64,000 bases of DNA from positions 32,001 to 96,000 of IMG/VR virus record IMGVR_UViG_3300002026_000015. One strand, written 5' to 3'. The notes below the pieces were generated by a model. The model was not told the origin of the DNA. It searched no databases and worked only from the letters and a program-made list of their open reading frames with translations. The translations under genes were made by a program, and so were the position numbers. This document shows, in pieces, positions 10,704 to 21,133 of this stretch (position 1 is the first letter of the stretch; each line of letters opens with the position of its first letter). Source of the DNA: a virus.

Positions 10704-10874
10704 AGAATGTCCCTCCAAATAGATTTTGTTAAAAATACCAGACTGATAAATGATATACTTTACCATGTATCATCTTTAAATATATAATCAAACTGCAGGT
10801 TTGAATTATTTATTTCGAGCACTATAATATCCCTAGCAATATAAAAAAAGAGCGAGTAATCGCTCTTCTTCTCC

Positions 10875-11111
10875 CTACGCCTTATTAGAGGGATGTTTGA
10901 GTTCAAAATACATCACGATAGGCCATATAAGAATGTTTACCAATGACAGAAACAGTGATACTGCAACGGTTGCTCCAAACATATATCCAGCACGTGACGC
11001 ACCAGAATATAGTTTACGAGTCTGATCCGACATCTTCGGGAGAAGTTTCCAAAGACCTACGACAGTAGTGGCAAATGCGGCGATGATCCAAAAGTCTCCA
11101 AAATTTTCCAT
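10875..11111 (-). CDS. small membrane protein
   Basis: 78 aa with two hydrophobic segments; RBS aagga. Confidence 0.6.
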   Translation of the reverse strand: MENFGDFWIIAAFATTVVGLWKLLPKMSDQTRKLYSGASRAGYMFGATVAVSLFLSLVNILIWPIVMYFELKHPSNKA

Positions 11112-11294
11112 TTAGTCCTTCTTTCGTTCAACAACTTCATATTTTTTAGTTACAACGATATCTTTATCTTTACCCTTTATAAATGGTTCGATCCAAATAA
11201 CTTTACGTTCTTTGTGACCAATTCCATGGATGGTTTTCAACTTTTTGATAGAACCGGAAAGTTTTCCAATGTCAATGGTGTCTATATAAGGCAT
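11112..11294 (-). CDS. small hypothetical protein
   Basis: 60 aa, RBS gaggga, early-type promoter at 11360-11345. Confidence 0.55.
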   Translation of the reverse strand: MPYIDTIDIGKLSGSIKKLKTIHGIGHKERKVIWIEPFIKGKDKDIVVTKKYEVVERKKD

Positions 11295-11414
11295 AAATCC
11301 CTCATTGTCTAATAATAGATTTAGTGTTCACTTAACACTATACTCATTACTAAATATATACTTGAATTAAATTTTAAAAAATTAATAGTAGGGGATTTCT
11401 CCCCTACTATATAA

Positions 11415-12668
11415 TTATCTCCAAAATCGTTCGAAACTATAAACGTTGATTTCATTCCCAGTTGCAAACTGTATAAATTCATTGTCATCAAGTATATCTA
11501 ATTCCTCAGATAACTTAAAATCTTTTTCAATGTCATTTTTAAACGGAATGTATTTAGACTCATACAATTGAGCAGCAATCACATGACCTACAGCATATGC
11601 AGGGAAATAACCTATATGTGCATGTGTCCAATGTACATCTTGGAACAATGATGTATCATGTCCAAGAATAGTCATAGATATATCTGTAAGGAGTTTCTGA
11701 GGATCTTGTTCAGGATTATCCATCATACTCTTTTCAAATTCATATCTTACAGAAACGTGTTCATTGTAGAAATGAGGAGAATTAAATATTCTACGTTCAT
11801 GTTTTATAGGATTATTATAATCGCTATACTTACACTGACCACTATTTGGGTAGATATAAAACTGATTAAGGAATGCATGAGCTTCATCCATTGCAACAGA
11901 AACGATATCCATACAATGAATCTTATTATCAGTTATATGATTTCTAAGAGTCTCCCTCAACATGAGGTGTCCAAATTCATGCTGAATAGATTGAATGGTT
12001 TTAATCCCATCAGTCTCATTGAATTTTGTACACATTGCGGGATGATACTGAGCATTTACATTACCTTTATATTTATCCATAAGATATCCGCAGAAGTTAC
12101 CTTCTCCAGAAGCAGAATATCGTTTTACCCCATTGGACCAAAAAGTATTCTTCTCAAGAACCATTTTACGATATTCATCGATTGATATGATTGTAGATCG
12201 TTCTAATGGTTTTGCGGAACTCTTAAAAGTCTTAAAGAATTCCATAACTTCATGAACTTTAGACATGTCATCGCCAGAGATAACCCCTTGACGTCTCATC
12301 ATGTCATCATAAGTAAATCCTTCAGATTTATAGTGTCTAAAGAGTTTCTTTATCTGATCCTCATAGATTTCGAGGTTCTTGGAATCAAAAGCTTGTTGAA
12401 GTTCTACTTCATAAGGGTAACTTGAAACATATCCTTCAAGTTCTTTCTTAAGCATTCTAGAATTCTTATCGTCTGAAAAACTCAAATCCTCCAACAATAT
12501 TTTAGAAATATATTTGAGTAAATCGAGAAATTTCTCAGTATTATGATCAATTTCCCCATGAACCTTAGATAAAAAATCTGAATTTAGATAATTAGCTCTA
12601 GTTTTGTTAAACAATTCGATATTTGTTTCAATAGTTTCAAGTCTGTCAACAAATGGTAAATTTTCCAT
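11415..12668 (-). CDS. M32 family metallocarboxypeptidase (carboxypeptidase Taq-like)
   Basis: HEFGH Zn motif, downstream MDEAHA (HESQ equivalent), RYEFEK, FQDVHW, GYFPAYAVG..IAAQL. Confidence 0.8.
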   Translation of the reverse strand: MENLPFVDRLETIETNIELFNKTRANYLNSDFLSKVHGEIDHNTEKFLDLLKYISKILLEDLSFSDDKNSRMLKKELEGYVSSYPYEVELQQAFDSKNLEIYEDQIKKLFRHYKSEGFTYDDMMRRQGVISGDDMSKVHEVMEFFKTFKSSAKPLERSTIISIDEYRKMVLEKNTFWSNGVKRYSASGEGNFCGYLMDKYKGNVNAQYHPAMCTKFNETDGIKTIQSIQHEFGHLMLRETLRNHITDNKIHCMDIVSVAMDEAHAFLNQFYIYPNSGQCKYSDYNNPIKHERRIFNSPHFYNEHVSVRYEFEKSMMDNPEQDPQKLLTDISMTILGHDTSLFQDVHWTHAHIGYFPAYAVGHVIAAQLYESKYIPFKNDIEKDFKLSEELDILDDNEFIQFATGNEINVYSFERFWR

Positions 12669-12807
12669 TGTATTCTCCAATTATTAATATTACGATATAT
12701 TGTACAATGATTTATCAAAATAGATTATAGATATATATTTAATTATGACAGAGGTATTACAATGGTCGTAATACATCAATAATTTATTAAAAGAAAGAGG
12801 CTCAATT

Positions 12808-13287
12808 ATGAGTACTTTGATCACCTATATTACTGCTGCAATCGCCGCTCTTCAGGAATCAAACGAAGGAATTACACCAGGAGTACAGATCAGTTCTACT
12901 GGTAAACGGATTACAATCGAAATCGATTTTACAACCCCAGAAGACACAATTAACTCTGAAAAGACGAATGCCGAAATCGCCGCTGCACAGGCGAAAGCAG
13001 TGATTGCAAGTATGCCTTTTCCTCCTAACCCAATGTCGATGATGATGGGTGGAATGGGAGGATTCGGTGGAGGTTTTGGAAATGGATTTGGAGGAAATCC
13101 TTTCACAAACCCAAACCCTTCTTACCCTTCTTATGGAGAATTTCTAAAATCAATTGAAGCTTCAGATGCAGCTCGTAAAGCCGCTGAAAAGGCTCGTCAG
13201 GAATATGATGCAGAACAAGCTCGTAAAGCTAAAGCTGCAGATGAGACTATTGCTCCTGAAGATGAAGCTTCTGCTCCAATGATGTAA
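12808..13287 (+). CDS. hypothetical early protein with M/G/F-rich low-complexity tract
   Basis: MSMMMGGMGGFGGGFGNGFGGNPF; early promoter TATATATTTAATTATG at 12732-12747. Confidence 0.7.
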   Translation: MSTLITYITAAIAALQESNEGITPGVQISSTGKRITIEIDFTTPEDTINSEKTNAEIAAAQAKAVIASMPFPPNPMSMMMGGMGGFGGGFGNGFGGNPFTNPNPSYPSYGEFLKSIEASDAARKAAEKARQEYDAEQARKAKAADETIAPEDEASAPMM

Positions 13288-13389
13288 TTCGGAAGAGGTG
13301 TGATTATTCACGCCTCTTTTTTTTCTAAAATGAATCATAGATATATATTAAACCATGGACACACTATTAGAGTAAACAATGGAGAATAT

Positions 13390-16158
13390 ATGTCTTATTC
13401 ATTTGAAATAGTAAGATTACGATTAGTGAACTTTGCTCACTTCTCGGATCTCGGACTAGATGATTTTGAGATAGATAGGTATGGTAGTAAAAATAATATC
13501 ATAACTATTATCGGAGCGAACGGTAGTGGTAAATCACTTCTTATAACTTCTTGGAGTCCAAGACCAAACGAGAGTACAAACAATCGCAAGAAGACCCTTA
13601 TAGTTCCAGGTAAAGAAGGTTTGAAAGAAGTTGATCTGCTAACCACGGATGAAGATGGAGATCACGGCCCTTACCTTTATAAGTGTAGAATAATCTATGG
13701 AGAAAAATCTACAAACTGTAGTATGATTCGTGTTGATAGGGAATCAGGAGAAGAAGTTGAATTGAATCCTAGCGGTTTAGTATCGGCATATGAGGAGATT
13801 CTTGAAAGTACATTCGGTATAAGTAAAAATTATAAGAATGTAGGATACTTATCTCCTGAAATAACTTCTCTTATCTCTATGACTCCAAGCGTTCGGTATG
13901 AATATATATCGACATGGTTACCGGATATCAGCCAATACATGGATGCATATAAAGCAGTGTTCAAGCGTATCAACAGCGTCAACAGACAAGTTAGAATGCT
14001 TGAAAATGATATTGGAGGAATTTCAATTGAGAAAGTTACTTCCGATAAGAAAATGCTTGAAGTTCGTCTTAAAACTGTAAATGATCGTATTGAAGAGTTT
14101 AAAGAAGTTCGTATGAGAACTTCGATAATTCTAGACGGTCTAGCGAATGTGACAGATGATTTCATTAGAAAGAATATTCAAACAATTTCTAAGAATCGTA
14201 AAACTCTCAATTCCCATTATGAAAGATTAGTTGAGCTATCTTCCGCAAGTATGAAATATCTTACAGCAGATGGTCCACAGAAGTTAATAGATGATGTTAA
14301 AGATTGTGAAAATCGTATAACGATCGTTAATTCTGAATTAGGAAATGTTTCAAGAATGATAGAAGATCAACGTATGAGACTTAAAGAAGTCGAGTATACT
14401 CTTGGAATGCTGGATGATACTGGAGATTCTCTTCCTGAAATCGGGATCATGATGGAAAGAATTGAGAAATCGATTCTTGAAGCTAATAAAGTTATTGAGA
14501 ATTATATCAATTCTTACAACTTCTTAGAAGAACTATCTGACAATTTTACGATAAACGAATTCAATATCGTTTACAATACAATCGAAACTATCATTGATAA
14601 ATGTAAACGTATTACAGATTTAGTTCCAATGGAGAAGATGGACAATCTTTCAGACTATTCAAATATCTCAGATAAAGAAACTAGTGTTGTAAATTCTAGA
14701 TTGAGAGATATTGAAGATAGAGTTAGTAAGACTCTTGAAAGAATATCTCTGTTGAAGAATAGTCCTCTAGATCCTTCAATCCTAAATAAGATTCCTGAAT
14801 GGTGCGAGAATCTTAAGTGTGGAGTTGTACTTGAAATAAAAAGATTGTTATCGCCTGATACAGAAGTTGAAAAACTTTCAGATGTACTTGATGATTTGTA
14901 TAGAAGTAAGAGCGATATCGCTGCTGAACTGGATCGTATGAGTGATGAGCATAACAATATTGCAATTGCTGTAAGTCATTCTAGTGATGTAGATCATGCG
15001 ATTATGAGAGATAAAAATTTCATAGTAATGCTTCCAAATCATATGAGAAATGTATTAAGTGAAGGGATTGTAACTATAATCTCGCATGTAAATACTTTAA
15101 CTAGAGATATGGAATCAATTAGAGAATTCATATCTTTAAGAGATCAGGTGAAGATCTATGTATCCGAACTGAAATCTCTTAAAGAAAAAGAATCTTCTCT
15201 TCGAGTTATACGAAATATGAATGGAGACATTCTTAATCTAAATAACTCAATCGACTCATTACAGATTGAAAGAAGTAAGCTTTACACTGAAGGTGAGCAA
15301 CTTCTTAAAGATCATTCTACTCTTAAGGAATTATCCGAATCAATTGGATCTATCCGAGATAGCGTAAATGAATACAATCTACAAGTTTCTAGTTTCAAAG
15401 AGACAAATGAGAAGATGAAGCTTATCTGTAAGGATTGGTATTATCGTGAAAAGATCTCAAAGTATATAAATCAGGTGGATATAAATCTTCGAAATCTGAT
15501 TATAGAAAGAGACGATTGCTCTAGAGAAATTGAATCTTTAAATAATTCTATAGTTACAAAACAATCTCTTATAGATATCCGAGATAGATTGTTGAGTACA
15601 ATAAAAGAATTGGATCTATTCCAAGATGCATGGAATCCTAAAACAGGAATCCCATCATTGTTTATAAACAATTTCCTTACACGAGTTCATGTCAAATCTA
15701 ATGAATATATGGAATCTCTAAACGGTAAAGATCTTAAAATTGAAAAATTTGAGATAGGTAAGACTGCAAGAGAGTTTCCTATAATCATTAGAAAGGATGA
15801 TTCTATAATTCCTGATGCGAATCAGTGTAGTGCTGGAGAGAAAGCTTTGTTATCATTAGCAATCTCTATGGCAGTTATAAGTGTAGCTTCCGAAAATAAA
15901 CCGTATAGAGTTTTACGTTTAGATGAGATGGATGCAACTCTTGATCATAGACGTAGAAAGTTATACATTGAAATGATTCAAGATCGTTTAAAAGAAATTG
16001 AATCTAGACAATGTTTAATCATCACTCATAGTGATGAGTTTGACGAAGTTGCAAGTGATATGATTATAATGCCAGGTGCATTTAAAAATCCTGAGTCGTT
16101 AGCTAATAAGAATGTTTTAGTTGACTTGTCTGAAATAAGTATTGACAGTTTATCTTAA
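13390..16158 (+). CDS. sbcC: SbcC/Rad50-like SMC ATPase
   Basis: Walker A GANGSGKS, long coiled coil with central C..C hook (WCENLKC), signature CSAGEKA, Walker B LRLDEMD, IITH; GGAG RBS gives start 13390. Confidence 0.88.
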   Translation: MSYSFEIVRLRLVNFAHFSDLGLDDFEIDRYGSKNNIITIIGANGSGKSLLITSWSPRPNESTNNRKKTLIVPGKEGLKEVDLLTTDEDGDHGPYLYKCRIIYGEKSTNCSMIRVDRESGEEVELNPSGLVSAYEEILESTFGISKNYKNVGYLSPEITSLISMTPSVRYEYISTWLPDISQYMDAYKAVFKRINSVNRQVRMLENDIGGISIEKVTSDKKMLEVRLKTVNDRIEEFKEVRMRTSIILDGLANVTDDFIRKNIQTISKNRKTLNSHYERLVELSSASMKYLTADGPQKLIDDVKDCENRITIVNSELGNVSRMIEDQRMRLKEVEYTLGMLDDTGDSLPEIGIMMERIEKSILEANKVIENYINSYNFLEELSDNFTINEFNIVYNTIETIIDKCKRITDLVPMEKMDNLSDYSNISDKETSVVNSRLRDIEDRVSKTLERISLLKNSPLDPSILNKIPEWCENLKCGVVLEIKRLLSPDTEVEKLSDVLDDLYRSKSDIAAELDRMSDEHNNIAIAVSHSSDVDHAIMRDKNFIVMLPNHMRNVLSEGIVTIISHVNTLTRDMESIREFISLRDQVKIYVSELKSLKEKESSLRVIRNMNGDILNLNNSIDSLQIERSKLYTEGEQLLKDHSTLKELSESIGSIRDSVNEYNLQVSSFKETNEKMKLICKDWYYREKISKYINQVDINLRNLIIERDDCSREIESLNNSIVTKQSLIDIRDRLLSTIKELDLFQDAWNPKTGIPSLFINNFLTRVHVKSNEYMESLNGKDLKIEKFEIGKTAREFPIIIRKDDSIIPDANQCSAGEKALLSLAISMAVISVASENKPYRVLRLDEMDATLDHRRRKLYIEMIQDRLKEIESRQCLIITHSDEFDEVASDMIIMPGAFKNPESLANKNVLVDLSEISIDSLS

Positions 16159-16173
16159 TATCGGAGGTTTAAG

Positions 16174-16512
16174 ATGATTAGAAAAATGGGAAACTTTGTG
16201 GAAATAATTCCACAGAATAACATGGGGATTCTTAATGAATCCCTTTCAATTTGTTTGGAAAGTCGTAAGATTACATCTTTCCATTGTCGTGACCCAAGAA
16301 GTTTGAGTCATGATAAAATCATTAAAAGTTTAAAACGGGCTTATGGAAATATCCCGCAGTGTGTTGTACTTGAGATTACTCATGAACCAAGTGATACAAA
16401 CAATAAGACAATGAAGACTATCACTCAGGAAGTTATATACTTCAATCTGTTTGATGCTAATGCTGACGTTGAAAGACTTAAACGCCATTTATACCAAGGA
16501 GAAGAGTTCTAA
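16174..16512 (+). CDS. hypothetical protein
   Basis: 112 aa, RBS ggagg. Confidence 0.6.
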   Translation: MIRKMGNFVEIIPQNNMGILNESLSICLESRKITSFHCRDPRSLSHDKIIKSLKRAYGNIPQCVVLEITHEPSDTNNKTMKTITQEVIYFNLFDANADVERLKRHLYQGEEF

Positions 16513-16763
16513 TGCTGAAGATGAAGTATATAATGTATGAAAAATCTGAATATTATATATTCCCAGAACTTATAAACCACTCTGATGCAGCTAAAGGCAA
16601 ATGTAGTGGTAAACCAATCTCTGCAGGATTTATTGATTTCAGAACTGAAGGTCGTCAAGTTATTGCGAATTGCTATGGCAACTCTACAACTCTTGACTTG
16701 AAGTCCAGAGGCATGCAAGATTCTATAATAATTACTCAAAATTTAAATGGGAAAATCGGATGA
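16512..16763 (+). CDS. hypothetical protein
   Basis: 83 aa, translationally coupled on both sides. Confidence 0.55.
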   Translation: MLKMKYIMYEKSEYYIFPELINHSDAAKGKCSGKPISAGFIDFRTEGRQVIANCYGNSTTLDLKSRGMQDSIIITQNLNGKIG

Positions 16764-17338
16764 ATACTCAACACGTAATAGACTCATTTGGTAAAACACA
16801 TCACGAACAGATTCCAATTTCGTTTAATGTTGACAAGGGTGTTTATCATATAATCAAGTATATGAAGAAAGAATACCCTTTATTCTTAATTCCAATGGCA
16901 TCGTGTGAAGGTGATCCAATAAGTGAAGATGGTTCTTGCGGATCTCTACCATATATCATGATGATTGTGAGAGATCTGAATAAGTTTGATGAATTTGTTA
17001 AAGAAATCTTTGGAAATGATTTCTTCCAAAAACATGTGACTATTGAGTACGATTGCAGCGATATTACCCGAATATTTACAATTCGGTGGAAGACTCCTGA
17101 AACTGAAGGGTTTAATAGAAGAGCTGCAGAATTACTTGACGATGTTGATTTGGAAACTGGGAACCTTATAACCCCTCGTGTTCCAGTTCAAACTAATCCA
17201 TTAGTCGTATTGTCGATGGGATTTGATGATCAAGAAATAAAAGTTCCAAATAAAGACGATTTCACTGTTCAGGAAATTGTTTCGGGATTAAGTAGTGAAC
17301 AGATTCGGGAAAAGTATAGTTCTATACGCATGAGTTAA
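16760..17338 (+). CDS. hypothetical protein
   Basis: 192 aa, ATGA overlap; VDKGV..I....IPMASCEG motif; followed by the terminator at 17348-17371. Confidence 0.6.
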   Translation: MNTQHVIDSFGKTHHEQIPISFNVDKGVYHIIKYMKKEYPLFLIPMASCEGDPISEDGSCGSLPYIMMIVRDLNKFDEFVKEIFGNDFFQKHVTIEYDCSDITRIFTIRWKTPETEGFNRRAAELLDDVDLETGNLITPRVPVQTNPLVVLSMGFDDQEIKVPNKDDFTVQEIVSGLSSEQIREKYSSIRMS

Positions 17339-17497
17339 ATAATAGTGTAAGTAGGGAGAAATCCCTACTTATATATTTTCTGTAATAACTCGCTTTTTAT
17401 ATCTATATTAAGTGACGATAAAGGATATAGATAAGAGTATTTATAATCCTAATTTAAATTTTTCTATGGTTCAAAGTAACCAGGAACAGGATCTACT

Positions 17498-17884
17498 ATG
17501 AGTATCAAGAACAAAATCGCGAACGGAATCATGAACTCAATCCTCGCTTCATTCAAGTTGGATATCGATGCCGATAGTGTTGAAGGACTTGAAATGGAGT
17601 CGATGACCATAACCGGGATTAAAGTTTCCCGTACTTCGGATTTTAATATGCGATCCGGAGCCGAAACCAATGCAGATTACTCAAAGGGACGCAAGTCCAC
17701 AGAGGATGTGAGCGGAAACGGTAAACTTAACGGAGGTGTGAAAATCACCTTCGGGGAATTGAATGTGAAGGGTCTATCGTTCGAAACCGCAGTTACAGGG
17801 AACTGCAATGCTTCTTTCAATGAAAAGACGGATCGTGAAGATCCGAAGCCAGAAGTTACCGACAATGAAGAAGATCTTAAATAG
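17498..17884 (+). CDS. hypothetical early protein (single-gene cassette)
   Basis: 128 aa; own promoter (17402-17417) and terminator (~17900-17935); visibly more GC-rich than its neighbours. Confidence 0.6.
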   Translation: MSIKNKIANGIMNSILASFKLDIDADSVEGLEMESMTITGIKVSRTSDFNMRSGAETNADYSKGRKSTEDVSGNGKLNGGVKITFGELNVKGLSFETAVTGNCNASFNEKTDREDPKPEVTDNEEDLK

Positions 17885-17935
17885 ATTTTCATCAGCGAAA
17901 AAAGAAAGAGGGTATTAACCCTCTCTCTTTTTTTT

Positions 17936-18607
17936 TCAAACTTTGTACTCTACGTTCTCATAGCATTTCTCATACACATCAAAATCTACAGGATCATGAT
18001 GCATATTTCTACAAAACGAAGTATGCATTCTAACAAACGGTTGCGCATATTGCGATCCCGAATTTCCATACATATTAGATTTTATAGAATTCTCCTGAGC
18101 CTTTTGATTTGACATGTATCGCTCTATAGCATCATCGAATTCAGAATTTGAATAACTTTTCTCAGATTCTTGTTCATCGACAATACCAAGTAACACGTTG
18201 TCAATAAAAGGATTTTCAATATCAAAATCTTTATCAACTCTACCAACCATAGATCTGTATTTTGATTCTACACGATCATAAGCTGTAAACGCTGGTTTAC
18301 AACTCGTAGTATTTTCCTTACTAGGACAGAAGTATTCATTGAAGAAGACAATACTATTCCTTAACCTTACCAAATCAGAATCGGAAACAATTACGTTAAT
18401 ATCTCTATTAAGAATATTTATAACCGCTCTAACAGATGCAATACCTCTAAATGGAGCATGAGCATCTATTTCGTAGATATATCCTCGATGATCAATGTCC
18501 ACGTTTAACACGGTATTGATATCATAAAATCTATCATCTAATTCGTCGATGTCGGGAAGTCTTGTAGATAGAAAATCCTTATAAGGATTAGGATTCATAG
18601 AAGCCAT
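17936..18607 (-). CDS. hypothetical protein (late operon)
   Basis: 223-aa ORF, last of four minus-strand genes. Confidence 0.6.
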   Translation of the reverse strand: MASMNPNPYKDFLSTRLPDIDELDDRFYDINTVLNVDIDHRGYIYEIDAHAPFRGIASVRAVINILNRDINVIVSDSDLVRLRNSIVFFNEYFCPSKENTTSCKPAFTAYDRVESKYRSMVGRVDKDFDIENPFIDNVLLGIVDEQESEKSYSNSEFDDAIERYMSNQKAQENSIKSNMYGNSGSQYAQPFVRMHTSFCRNMHHDPVDFDVYEKCYENVEYKV

Positions 18608-18615
18608 AACAAACC

Positions 18616-19224
18616 TTATTTAGAAGTTACAACAAGTTTCTTTGTTTCAGAAGAAATTCCTGCAAGCTTTACGATACGTTCTTTGATGAACGCCTGTTCA
18701 ACTGCAACGTATTTGTAAGGAAGATCGTTTTCTGTAACGATTTTGATAATGTCTGAAACAAGTTTCAAGCCAAAGTATTCGCGAAGATTACCGTTCCATA
18801 CGCTTACAAAGATTGAAGAGTTAAGGAAGGTTTTGTCATCTTCAGAAAGTTCTTCAGATTCTTCTTCAGCATCTTCGCCAGTTTCTTCACCGGTTTCATC
18901 CGAATCAGTTTCTTCAGTAATTGCGGGAGCCGCATCAGTAGATGTAGTTTCAGCAGTAGTTTCACCTTCAGTAGAACCAGTTTCTTCAGTGATTGTAGGA
19001 GCCGCATCAGTAGCTGTGGTTTCAACTGTTGCTGAAACGCCTTCACCGCCGAGAATTGGAGTTGGAGCAGCATCTTCGCCAGTTGTAGAAGTTTCCGCTT
19101 CAAGAGCCTGACCTTCGGTTCCTTCGATTGTTGCAGTTTCAACTACAGGAGCATCAGTACCTTCAACGGTAACAGTTGCAGGGATTGCAGTTCCAGTGTT
19201 TCCAGGTCTTCTTTTTGTAGACAT
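18616..19224 (-). CDS. acidic Thr/Glu-rich protein with internal repeat
   Basis: TDAAP(T/A)ITEET duplicated; long E/T/D tract followed by a small globular C-terminus; RBS agagg. Confidence 0.7.
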   Translation of the reverse strand: MSTKRRPGNTGTAIPATVTVEGTDAPVVETATIEGTEGQALEAETSTTGEDAAPTPILGGEGVSATVETTATDAAPTITEETGSTEGETTAETTSTDAAPAITEETDSDETGEETGEDAEEESEELSEDDKTFLNSSIFVSVWNGNLREYFGLKLVSDIIKIVTENDLPYKYVAVEQAFIKERIVKLAGISSETKKLVVTSK

Positions 19225-19250
19225 AATAGCCTCTTTCTGTTTTATCGGGG

Positions 19251-19607
19251 TTAACCAATAAGGTTTTTAATTAATTGAGCAAAATCAGAACTTTCTTCAG
19301 TATTTTCAAACTCAGAAAGAACTTTATCCAAATCTTTAAGACTTTCTTCAGATAGCTTAATGACAGACTTATCTTCGATAGAATGAGTTTCATCATCCTC
19401 AGATGGTCCAAACATTTCAGCTATAGTATTGTCCAAGCTATTATCAGATGTAATTGTTGAAACATTATTATCGCTTGAACTTCCAACGGTAGTTATACCT
19501 CCACCGAAAGGTCCTCCTGCCATAGCAGCCGGAGATGTCGATATATCCAATCCTTCCATAACTTGATCAAAGTTACTAGGATCAAGATCTTCAATACTAA
19601 CTCGCAT
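19251..19607 (-). CDS. small acidic protein, probable head component
   Basis: 118 aa, very acidic, with SIE/D and VME/G sites resembling head-protease cleavage motifs. Confidence 0.5.
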   Translation of the reverse strand: MRVSIEDLDPSNFDQVMEGLDISTSPAAMAGGPFGGGITTVGSSSDNNVSTITSDNSLDNTIAEMFGPSEDDETHSIEDKSVIKLSEESLKDLDKVLSEFENTEESSDFAQLIKNLIG

Positions 19608-19610
19608 ATC

Positions 19611-21005
19611 TTACCCCTTATCGTACTTAATTAAAGATAACTCTCTCGTCGCATACTTAAGAGCAAAAATAACCAGAGGATATGTATAGAATGTCAAATA
19701 TGAATAATCATAATCGTCTGTAAACATGAAATTATCAAGTCTACTTTCAATAACGATTCTCATAATTTTAACAATTATATTCAATCTTCTAGTTTGATCG
19801 GGTTCGTTTAGATACGTAGATATTATATCTATAAACGCATCATTCACATTTGTATAAGTAGGATTTGCCGCATACATGACATCACTACTATAAGTTGTGA
19901 GTTTTTGAACAAAGTTTTCAGGGAATAAACTGAACGTACTACAGTTATTCTGACATTCAATATCATGCTCTATAACAAATCTTCCATGAAGGAGATTTGA
20001 AGTATCTCGACGATTTGAAGTCATATAAGCCATTCTCTGAAATCTGAACAAGAATCTTCTAATATCTCTACGTTCCATTGCTGAAAATATAGATTTATTA
20101 TAATGAACCTTATTTGATTTAAGATGCTCAGTCAGAACGTGGAGGTATTCACTAGCAGAAAATAATTCATTTCTAACTATGAAACTGACAAGATCAATAT
20201 CGTAGATTGACCGACCTTCAGTATAAACACTTCCGATCATGTTTGTATAACTCTCTGAAACACACGCCATTAATTTAGAATGAACGTCTTCTTTCAAAGC
20301 TTTAACATCGCACATGATAGTGTTTAGAGTTCTATGATAGAACTCTAAAGTATACGTTTTGATCAAATCATACATTACAGTTCTAGAACTCTGAATGAAA
20401 CGATATTCATCATCTCTAAGAATAGTTCTAAACTCTGTGCCTACATGATTGTATACAAACGAATAGTCTTCCTTAACATATTGATTAAGCTCACAATTCT
20501 CAGGAATTATGTCTTGTCTCCACATGTTAAACCGGATCTCATAACCTGAATCTTTTTCAATAAGAGTTGGATTAGATTCAGTAATCTGAAATACATGGAA
20601 AACTTTAAATACTTCCATGATAAAATAATCCCCAATATTCGGGATTAAAGTATTAGGAAGAAGTTTAGCAGTTCCCTCGTAAGTAAGATCAGTGAACGCA
20701 TCTTTATCGACACTTGAATCAAGCGGCTCCGTTAACAGAACTAAATCTTTAATTCTTCTAAATCTAGTAGAATTTTGATCAAATTGATTCAATGGAGATG
20801 TGTTTACAAGGTTGCCTTGTCGATTACTAATCATCTGCTCATAGTATACAACCTCAGTTCGTATACCATGAAGCTTCGATAGATTGGTAATCTTAACATC
20901 TCTTTTTTCAATAAGCGCTTCATCGAGCAATCTTTGCTCAACATCCATATTTCTCTTAGGCAGATCTACAGGATTTTGAAAATCCTTTTTAGTTAAAATA
21001 GCCAT
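19611..21005 (-). CDS. putative virion structural protein
   Basis: ~464 aa behind the late promoter AACATACTAATG (21040-21029); VVYY..GTAKLLPNTLIPNIGDYF motif resembles jumbo-phage structural proteins. Confidence 0.5.
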   Translation of the reverse strand: MAILTKKDFQNPVDLPKRNMDVEQRLLDEALIEKRDVKITNLSKLHGIRTEVVYYEQMISNRQGNLVNTSPLNQFDQNSTRFRRIKDLVLLTEPLDSSVDKDAFTDLTYEGTAKLLPNTLIPNIGDYFIMEVFKVFHVFQITESNPTLIEKDSGYEIRFNMWRQDIIPENCELNQYVKEDYSFVYNHVGTEFRTILRDDEYRFIQSSRTVMYDLIKTYTLEFYHRTLNTIMCDVKALKEDVHSKLMACVSESYTNMIGSVYTEGRSIYDIDLVSFIVRNELFSASEYLHVLTEHLKSNKVHYNKSIFSAMERRDIRRFLFRFQRMAYMTSNRRDTSNLLHGRFVIEHDIECQNNCSTFSLFPENFVQKLTTYSSDVMYAANPTYTNVNDAFIDIISTYLNEPDQTRRLNIIVKIMRIVIESRLDNFMFTDDYDYSYLTFYTYPLVIFALKYATRELSLIKYDKG

Positions 21006-21133
21006 TTCAACCACCTAATTTAGTTTTACATTAGTATGTTTTAGCCGAACATATGTTTTAGTATTTTAAAAACAACTTCTAAATGTATATACTATAGTGG
21101 GAACTAGGACCGAGTTTAATATTGGAGGTTTAT

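Noticed and set aside
18900-19015. ~35-bp direct repeat
   Set aside because: In-frame coding duplication (TDAAPxITEET) within a low-complexity protein, not a DNA element
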